Positions 54,147-64,000 of a stretch of DNA of 64,000 nt are shown here, one piece after another (within the stretch, counting starts at the first letter, position 1; each line of letters begins with the position of its first letter). The stretch covers positions 30,566,001 to 30,630,000 of the forward strand of contig NC_042999.1 of the NCBI RefSeq assembly GCF_006345805.1, written 5' to 3'. A program made the position numbers and the translations under genes. This DNA comes from Octopus sinensis. Lineage: Eukaryota. The notes below the pieces were generated by a model. That model did not search any database and was not told the origin of the DNA. It saw nothing but the letters and a program-made list of their open reading frames with translations.

Positions 54147-54546
54147 CTAATACACACGCACATAGATGTGTATATATATATATATTTAGCATAATTCGTA
54201 ACTTGCATTTCACCCAAAAAACCACCAGCGCAGAGGTGTCACTGAAAATCAGTCAATTATATAGTAATTATAAGGATAATCTTGTACATGAACGTAAACT
54301 CAGTAACTTAAAGCTGGTGTTCGGTGTAGAAACAAATATTGTGATTGGTTAGTAATGTCTGGTGTCTTAAATTATTGTGCTTTTCTATTCTGATATATCT
54401 ATAAATATATATATACATGCATATACTTATACACATACAATGGCTGATGTTTGATACGAGAATATATATTTATTCAAACATGAAAATTCCATATGATTAT
54501 CACCGTGTTTTCAAACTTTTTATGTAGTATTATTTTCAGTATATGT

Positions 54547-54875
54547 GAAGGCGCATGGCAGAGCTGTTAGAATGACGGGATCACAATCATGAGGTAATAA
54601 GTTCGATTCCCAGACTGGGTTCTGTGTTGTGTTCTTGGGCAAGAATCTTTATTTAACATTGCTCCAGTGCACTCAGCTGTAGAATTTAGTTGCGACATCA
54701 CTGGTACCTAGTTGCATCGGCATTAACTTTTCCCTTGCACGACATCGGTGGTACGGAAATGGGAGGCTGGTATGTATGGGCGACTGCAGGTCTTTTCTAA
54801 ATAACCTTACCTGGACTTGTGCCTCGGAGTGGAACTTTCTAGGTGCAAACCAATAGTCATTCACGACTGACAGGG
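54547..54875 (+). mobile_element. tRNA-derived CORE-like SINE
   Basis: Head gaaggcgcatggc..., B-box aagttcgattccc, gtgttcttgggcaag (CORE-like). Related to 58270-58490. Confidence 0.65.
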
Positions 54876-56643
54876 CTCTTTACACATTTACACATTATTT
54901 GCAGTATACAAGAAATTATACGTCCATGTCTGTATTAATCAGTTTTCCCAGCCTCATACAATACTTATATATTTACAGAAAATCTCCAGATCATGGGGGG
55001 AAAAACCTACATTATATATCAGTATTATAAGATGCTGATTCAGAGATTCATGCCGTAATTACAGGAAACCCGGTTAAAATTTCAGAAATGTCTATATGAA
55101 CTGTTAGCAGAGTACGTAAGGAAAACTTCCTGTAATAGCTGCACAAATATCTGAATCTGCATCGTATACTATTCATGTGGACAAACAGGATTATATTCTG
55201 TCAGATATGACTGAAATTGAAAAAGAATACCTGCGGGGCAAACGCATTTACGCCAGGTCTGATCGATGTACGCAGATACGGTATCAATCCGTAGTAGCAA
55301 ACATAATTTCATTGAACTTTCCCAGTAAATCCTCTTGAATTTTGTATCTTGTATTTTACGATGTATCTAGGGCCCTCGTAGTATTAATAACAGCAGATAA
55401 ATTTCTTCAAATTAAAACCCAGGGCTTCTAAAAATTAATGGACACAATAGCCGATTTATTTCATAATACATTACATGATACGTTTAAAAAGAGCCAAACT
55501 TAAGTGCAATGGTGTCAAACTAAGGCAACACAACTCCCAGTTACTTTCTAATTGCAACAATTTAGCCTCTTCATTCTCTCGAGGTAATTCCGTGTTTAAT
55601 TATTTCTCTCAATACTAAATTTACATTCATTCAACTTGCCTTTGAAACCTATCGACCATAAATGATCCACACTCCGCCAACGATAAACTAGCCGTAACGT
55701 ATTGAAGACTAACTATTGGAAACTTCATTGTTATCGTTTTAATTTAGCACCAAAATTAATTTATAAGCAAGATATTCTGCCATATCATTGTGCTGCAAGG
55801 TGAATTAGATTGCTGCTGTTTCAATAGAATAGTTCAGGCCAAGATATGATGGATTTCTTCCTAATTACTCTTCTAATCAGTAATTCCTTAATTTCTAATG
55901 TAACAGATGTTGCATGTGACATCAGAATAAATCTATTGGCTTGCTTTGGAGGAATTTTTTCTAATCTTTTCTCCTAGAAGGAATTATATTATAAGTTTCT
56001 GGCATTATGTAAAGATGAGAATGAAGATGAATAATACAGTGAAATAATGTTGCTGCTGAGTGCGTAGAAGTAGTGGCAAGCATGCTGAAGCTGGGGCTGT
56101 TGATGTCACTTACAACGTTGAATATGATGACGTTCATGAAAATTGTATTACTGCTGCTAAGGTCGAGGTGATATATTCTTGATAATGTTGATGCTGTTGA
56201 CATTGATAGTGATTATAATAATGCTGGTATCGATGTAATAATAAAGAGGTTGAAGATACTCTTGATATCCGTGATAACAAAGATAACGTTGATGTGTATG
56301 ATAATGATGCTGTCTGCGGTAATGGTGATACTAGTAATACTATTGAAAATAGTAATCTTAGAGAAAATGCTGATGTTGGTGATAATATTGATGTTGCTGA
56401 TAATGATTGATGAGAATGGCAGTAATATCATTGTTAATTATATTAATGTCCTTTATAATGTTCGTATCGAACATTGTTGTTAATGCTAGTAGTTATAACA
56501 ATTTTGATGTTGATGCGTCTAATGATATAGGCAATAGTGATGATTGTGATGGTGTTCACGACGATGATGATTATGACAACGACTATGATGATGATGATGA
56601 TGATGACGATATATTTACACACACACACACACACACACACATG

Positions 56644-56726
<83 letters not shown>

Positions 56727-56839
56727 AAATATTTATATGTGTTTATGTCACTGAATAAGGTAGGCTTATTACGGATCTTTATACGCACCACTGGTCAAAA
56801 TCGCTGCCAGGCGTTGTTGAAGTTTTACTGTGATGCTGT

Positions 56840-57105
56840 GATGATGATGATCATGATGATCATGATGATAATGATGATGATGATGGTGATGATGGTGATG
56901 ACAATGATCATGATGATGACGACGATGATAATGATGATGATGGTGGTGGTGGTGGTGGTGATGATGATGATGATGATGATGTTGATGATGATGATGATGA
57001 TGGTGATGGTAGTGGTGATGGTAGTGGTGGTGGTACTGGTGGTGGTAGTGGTGTAGGCGGCGATTACGATGAGGATGAGGACGAGGATGGGGATGATGAG
57101 AATTA
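56840..57105. repeat. Degenerate (GAT)n/(GGT)n microsatellite; similar low-complexity tract 56020-56610
   Basis: Directly visible. Confidence 0.9.
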
Positions 57106-57681
57106 TAATATATATGAAATATATATTTTCAAAAGTCATCCTATCGCTAAACATTGCTAACATATGCAGCTATAGTTTCTCTGAATATATTGCAATTGTC
57201 CGTTCATTTGTTTGTGTGTAATTTTTGTTTTCACTTACGACACATTACATAATTGATTAATTAAGTAACTAATTATTGACTTCGTTACTCCTATTAGCAT
57301 AGCATTTATACATGAATCTGTTCGTTTTGTTAAAACATCGTGTAGATTAGACAAACACTTTTGTTTTCTCTAAAATATACAATCAATGATGTCTAGACGC
57401 CCAATACCACATACAGGCCTGATTTAAGCATTCAATGAGGTTATTTTTAGTAGTTGCTAGTATTATTCAGCGAGATTTTTTCCAGGAACATTTTCCGCTA
57501 TTCCCTTAATTTGTCTTTGATTAGTTACAACACTTCTCAGCATGACGCTTATTTTCCGTACACATACATGCGCACGCACAAACGCCTATGTATCACAGGA
57601 AAGCTTCTACAATACCTGGCAGCGATTTATAACCTGTGGTGCGTAGAAAGATCAGATAGCCTACCCTTTACACTGATACAG

Positions 57682-57720
<39 letters not shown>

Positions 57721-57803
57721 ATTATATATATATATATACATACATATATATAAACATATGGATATTTCAGTGTGCGTGTGTGTATGTGTAAATGTATATA
57801 TAT

Positions 57804-57922
<119 letters not shown>

Positions 57923-57929
57923 GTATATC

Positions 57930-58250
57930 GTGAGGGTGCTTGTCTTAGTGGTTAGGGCATTCGTGATCGTAAAGTTGTGAGTTCGATTCCTGGCGACGAG
58001 TTATGTCCTTGAGGAAGACGCTTTGTTTTACGTTGCTCTAGTACACTCGGCTGGCAAAAATGAGTAGTACCTGTATTTGAAAAAGGGCCGGCCTTGTCAC
58101 AATCTGTGTCACGTTGAATCTCCTTGCGAACTACGTTAAGGGTACGCGTGTCTGTGGAATGCTCAGCCACTTACAAGTTAATTTCACGTGCAAGTTGTTC
58201 CCTTGATCGTATCAGTTGGGATCCTAGTCGTCGTAACCGACGGAGTGCTC
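57930..58250 (+). mobile_element. tRNA-derived SINE
   Basis: cttagtggttagg A-box and gagttcgattcc B-box. The body (gtacctgtattt...ccttgtcac...gaactacgttaagggtac) is shared with 59610-59795. Confidence 0.7.
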
Positions 58251-58269
58251 CTGTATACATGTATAAGTG

Positions 58270-58490
58270 AAGGCGAATAGCTCAGTGGTTAGAACGTTGG
58301 GCCAATTCACTTTGCTGAAGATATGAGTTGCGACAACGCTGGTGCCAAGCTGAATTGGACTTTGTCTTTCCCCGGGGTAACAAAGGTGACATGGGGAAGG
58401 GAGGTCGGTGTGTATGTGCGACTGCTGGTCTTCTATAAACAACCTTCTGTAACTTTCTAGGTGCATTCACGTGGTCATACATAGCCAAAG
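58270..58490 (+). mobile_element. Internally deleted SINE, family of 54547-54875
   Basis: tagctcagtggttagaacg head; agttgcgac...ctggt, gcgactgc-ggtctt and aactttctaggtgca are shared. Confidence 0.6.
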
Positions 58491-59101
58491 CGTGTCATTA
58501 TATATATATACAGGTAGAATTGTTAGTGGCCTGTTATGTAGATGTATGTGTGCGTGTGTATATGTGAGTATATATGTATATGTATATGTAAATATATATG
58601 TATATATATGTAGGTAAAATGAGATGAATGTAAACAGATAGACATACAGATTGATGGGTACATAGTTAAAATGAGCAGACAAGCATACGAACACAAATGC
58701 ATACGCAAATGAAGACTGAAACACATGACCAGAAACACACATACAAACATACATACACATACATACACACAAAGAAGAATGCACAATCATATGAATGTGC
58801 AGAATACATTTATACAAACGTACACACATACACACATATATGCATACACACACATGCATACACACACATACATTCCTGCATACTTATATACATAGATACA
58901 TGCATATGTGTATGCATACGCAGACCTACCCACACACATGCGCACAAATAAAGAAAAAAAATGTAGCTCGGAACGAGCAGATACGAACATTTTAGAAAAG
59001 TAAATAAGTTAATGAGTGGTAAATCAACCGGTGATTTTGTTAAATAATAAGTTAGTGAAAGAGAATAACTCTCCCCAGACACAACAATGTTTATATATAT
59101 A

Positions 59102-59192
<91 letters not shown>

Positions 59193-59356
59193 CATATATA
59201 TATATATGTATGTATATATATATATATATATATGTATGTATATATATATATATATATATGTATGTATATATATATATATAGATATATATATATATATAAT
59301 ATATATATATATACACATGCATGTATACATATATATATATACATATATATATATTA

Positions 59357-59396
<40 letters not shown>

Positions 59397-59609
59397 GCAT
59401 GTATACATATATATATATACATATATATATACACATACACGTATACATATATATATACATATATATGCATATCGATCTCTGTTTTGATTTCCAGAATTGA
59501 TCTTGAGAGTCATTAGTGAGTAAAACCACGTAGAGCTCCACGAGGCTCCGACAATGAGAGCGAACCCTACAATACTCTTTCATAGCAACTTTCTCTCACT
59601 CTAAATTCC

Positions 59610-59795
59610 TGTTTCAGGCGTACCTGTATTTCAAGGGATAGCCTTGTCACACTCTGTGTCTGGCTGAATCTCCCCGAGAACTACGTTAAGGGTACACGTA
59701 TCTGCAGAGTGCTGCTCAACCACTTAATTTCACGAGCAGGCTGCCCCGTTGATCGATCTACCGGAAAGCTCGTCGTCAAAACCGTCGGAGTGCCA
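59610..59795 (+). mobile_element. SINE body fragment, family of 57930-58250
   Basis: Colinear similarity through ...accg-cggagtgc. Confidence 0.6.
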
Positions 59796-59803
59796 CAATA
59801 CAT

Positions 59804-59858
<55 letters not shown>

Positions 59859-61234
59859 CGGTGTTCAATGCCGTTACTCATTTCTTTATAGATAATAGCT
59901 ATTTACCATAAAAATATCGATGTAATAGTAACCTGGAATATTTATGTAGCTTAATTTCCACTCTGTAAATAGCTCGATTTATAATATTTCCGGTTAAAGA
60001 TTCCATTATTATCATATGATTTACCACAGCTGGTGATCAGAATCATGAGATTCTCGGGAAAATGCTTAGTATGTTTCTCTTCTGGCTGTATTTGACATGA
60101 ATTCAATTTATTCCGTGTTTAGCATTGCTTTCATTCCTCCGGGTTGTATACAATCAAGCGCTTGTCAGGTGAAAGTTTGGTAACATTGACTTCTCGCTTT
60201 CCCGTATTTCTACTTTTTATTACATGGGAGACATATATTTCATCCATGCCCAATCATTAAACAATGCCATACACACTGACCATACACGCAAACACACACA
60301 CGCACGCACACATAAACACACACACACACACACACAAACACAGACGCGCTCCTTACAAGAGAAGTGCTAGCGTCTGATGATAAAAAATTACGCAAGTCTA
60401 CGTCTAAAAAAATTAAGGAGTTGTATTAACTATCATGTGTTCATTCTCCCAGACACTTTGGGTCGGAGATGAATCCCATCTACTTTACAATTTTATATTT
60501 CGAGATTGATAAATTATGTGTGATGTGTAGTAATTTTGGCTCTATTCCTATACCGGAATGTTATCTTATACCCCAACTCTTAACTAATTAGCTATTTTCC
60601 TTCTTTTAGACTTAGCTCGTGTCCTCCATTCTTAATTATGAAGAATATTGATCTACACAGACTTTGCTATATTTTTTTGTAACATAGCAATATTCCACTC
60701 ATACATCTATTTTCTCTACGCTTCTATTCATTTAATGTAACTTAGCTATGCTCAACAATTGTAAAAATATTGGTGTCAATAAAATATAGCATTTCTATAA
60801 AGTTCAACTATTCATCTAAAATATATATTTCACCTTTTGTAATGGCGAAACTCTCATTTATTTAAACGACAACGAGTCTAAGTAGCGCAACATTTCACAG
60901 ATAAAGTAGCTATGACATAGATATATGGTTACGCAATATCATTCACAAATACGCGGTTTTTGTGTTCAAACCCAATACATGTCGTTTTCCATCAGAAGCA
61001 TGTTCTACTGTAACTAAGTGTTAACGAATGCCGTATGAATGCAACTCCATCCTCTGGGTCATAGTGGCTTTTAGAAGTTTCCATTCTATAGTATGTCCCT
61101 TTTCTAAGGAATACTCTCTTCTACAGCTTTCGGTGTGGCTGAGAGGTGCATGAGAGCCTTCCTTTCTCATCAGGTCTTATAAAATAAAAGACCAGAAGAA
61201 GAGATGGACCTGGACATATATATATTATATATAT

Positions 61235-61278
<44 letters not shown>

Positions 61279-61412
61279 ATATTACCGAACATAAGAAATA
61301 TATTGAAATACACTCTAAAAGTAATAGAGTAGGGTATTCAACGACTAATAATGTAGGGAATATAATATCATCAATAACTAAGCATAGGTAGAATAAATAT
61401 TACCACGACAAA

Positions 61413-62930
61413 TTAAATAAGGAAATGAATAGGAGTTATAGAGACCGAAATAGTTGTACCTGTAGAGATAAAAACCGATGTAAATTTAATGGAAGAGGTA
61501 ATGTTAGTGATGTAGTATATAAATGTGTGATTTCGGTAAAAGTACATGGGAACGAAAATAGTGGAATAAATAATACGGATATTGAAAAATACCAAGATAG
61601 AATGTATATAGGTTCGACGTCGAATAAAATTAAACATCGAAAAGCACAGCACTTGAATTCATGTAAAAATAAGAAAGTTAGGAATTCTACAGGACTAAAT
61701 AAATACGTTTGGAGTTTACAAATGAAAGAAAATAATTATGAATTAAAGTGGGAGATAACATGTGAAGTTAAATCTTATAGAATTCGAAATAGGTCATGTC
61801 TGTTATGTACGCATTAATTCATGGAGATATTATGACTTAAACGGAGCTTCGTAATGCCCAGGATGAAAGTAAAATTAAATTTTAAAATAGACTAAAAGGC
61901 ATTATTAATAACGCATAACCCTAAATTTTAGCGTAAGTATTGTTAATACTATAATTATTTTATATGAATAAAAACTTACCATTAGACGGGGGGGGGGGAT
62001 GAATAATAACTAGTGAGGGATTAAATGGGCAGAATGATACGGAAGTATACGAAATAAAAGAAGCAATATTCCCATAGTGCATTTTTGAACTTTCGTGAAC
62101 CATGTTCTACTATTTAGAGAATATGTTAATTAAAAAATAGTTTGAATTAGCAGGAAAGCGGGTGTGTGTACTCCGCTGGACTTTGCAATGTCAAGCCATA
62201 ATTAAGACGTTGTATGATAATGGAGCTATCGGTGAATTGTATATTTTCTTTACGTTACTATCAAGTTACTTTTATTTTATTTTATCTTACTTTGTAAATT
62301 TTTTAAAGTTACCATTCGTATCACTTGGAAATTTTGCACTTCGCAATTGGATCTATAGCTTTTATTCGAAATTATCTTTTCGTCATTGCCTCCATGTTTA
62401 ATAATTTTTATTCGTGTATATTTTCCTTGTCATCCCTTTTATTTTTCCCTATATATTTTTATTCGTATATATTTTTTCTTGCCATTCCTTTCATTATTAT
62501 TCACATTATTTTCATATTTTTTATATATTACTGACATAGTTTTTGTAAATTTAATTTTATTTGAAACACTATATATTACTAACATAGTTTTTGTAAAATG
62601 TTTGTATATTTTTTTAACTTTTTTATTCCTTACTTTATTTGTGTAAATTTTATTACAATTTTTATCTGAATTATGGCTTGTACTGCAGGGTACAGCAAAA
62701 CGAATTTAAAAATACTTATTTTACACTTACTAAAGGGCTTTAAAACATTAAAATATAGTTTATTGTATTGAACGTTGATATAGTGATATAAGGGCCTGAT
62801 GATTGGGGTGGCATGTTAAGAAGGGTTCCCGGAAAACACGGAGTGGTTTAGGAAACCGAGGATGTACCTCATGAAACACGCATTGCAAAGTAATAAAACA
62901 GTAGGTATTTAAAAAAAACATAAATAATTA
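61413..62930 (+). mobile_element. 3' part of a PLE: GIY-YIG ORF fragment (61425-61817), AT-rich 3' UTR and pLTR with decayed hammerhead
   Basis: SCTCRDKNRC...VVYKC...MYIGST...RKAQH...TGLNKYVWSL...LKWEI...SCLLC; GGC CUGAUGA uUGGGG...CCUCAu GAAA CACG at 62796-62880. Confidence 0.85.
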
Positions 62931-63045
62931 TTTTTCTATGGTGAGATGTAGGGATCTACTATCTCTAAATTAAAATATATTTCTTCATTGAGAATAATTT
63001 GAATCTCTGCTATGCCGGAATTTTTATTCCCTAAAAAATAATATT

Positions 63046-63082
<37 letters not shown>

Positions 63083-63103
63083 ATATATATATATTATATA
63101 TAT

Positions 63104-63137
<34 letters not shown>

Positions 63138-63334
63138 TTCGCAAGGAGAACTACAGCGATGCGTTGTAACATAGCTTGTTCAGTTAATGACCCTTGTAAA
63201 GTAGTTTATACAAAATAAATAATTAGCTGTTCACCATACTCTTTACAAAGAAGTGTGTGTGCTGCACAGCTAATCCGCTCGTTTAAATCTGCAGGTCATC
63301 AAGTGTTATAGTTTATGTCGCTAATTATATTCGT

Positions 63335-63710
63335 TTGCACTCTAGGAACAAGGCCCGATATTTATGAAGAGGAGGCCAGTCGATAAGATCGACTCCAGTA
63401 TGCAAATGGTATTTAATTTATCGACCACAAAATAATGACAGGCAAGTCGACCTCGGCAGATTTTGAAGTCTGAACGTAGCGGCAGACGACATGCCTATTT
63501 TTTACTAACCACAAGGGGCTAAACACAGAGAGGATAATCAATGCCAGACAAACGGATTAAGTCGATTATATCGACCCCAGTGCGTAACTGGTACTTATTT
63601 AATCGACCCCGAAAAAATGAAAGGCAAAGTCGACCTCAGAACGTAGCAGCAGACGAAATACCACTAAGCATTTTGCCCGGCGTGCTAACGATTCTGCCAG
63701 CTCACTGCCT
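63335..63710 (-). mobile_element. Two adjacent copies of the Nin/Deu-like SINE
   Basis: 63335-63500 (degenerate) and 63505-63710, both alignable to 5360-5578. Confidence 0.75.
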
Positions 63711-64000
63711 TGAGAGATGCATCTTATATAAATTTTTCTGAGGGATTTTTACCCCAGAACAGTTGAAAGAGGATGTATCTCTCATATCCTGTGGAAATTA
63801 CTCCTGGAAATGACATTTTTTTACCATACGCTGTAATCCCATTACTTATGGATATCACCTTGGAATTTTGACGTGTTTACCATTCCTTAATTCTTTTATG
63901 TTATTTTACTTTATTATTTTACCTTACTTCCTCACATGTTACATTCCTAACATTATGGTCTCTCTGACGACGCTTTGGGGCGCAATCATTGTCCAACCCC

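Noticed and set aside
55961-56203. Cadherin-like VVSDINSPSF motif (also weak hints at 7300-7400, 22400 and 33380)
   Set aside because: These are isolated few-residue resemblances, some in low-complexity GAT/GTT sequence. There is no DRE/DxNDN/AxDxG series or open frame, so no protocadherin call.

Overview
AT-rich, microsatellite-saturated animal genomic DNA. The SINE families and (TA)n/(CA)n/(GATA)n landscape look like Octopus (recognised from memory, not verified by a search). I could not support any host-gene exon. The window is almost entirely transposon-derived and dominated by Penelope-like elements (PLEs). These include one near-intact full-length PLE (43626-47791; RT + C-terminal GIY-YIG; inverted and direct pseudo-LTRs; hammerhead ribozyme), a decayed Neptune-type PLE (23990-26100) and several further RT or GIY-YIG fragments. 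Also present are three R4/Dong-like RLE LINE relics, two CR1/L2-like 3' ends, two mariner relics, a palindromic Tc1/mariner-type MITE, about ten tRNA-derived SINE copies and a young 11 x 145-bp tandem array. The main signal is a set of short non-coding elements from unrelated families. Most form asymmetric head-to-head palindromes next to (TA)n and carry minimal type-I hammerhead ribozymes with canonical and variant cores (CUGAUGA, CUGAAGA, UUGACAA, CUGUAGA, CCGACGA). One of them is a tRNA-headed SINE with a hammerhead tail, inserted as an inverted dimer with a 10-bp target-site duplication, and the empty paralogous site lies about 2 kb away. This points to PLE-driven mobilisation of Pol III SINEs and pLTR-only parasites.
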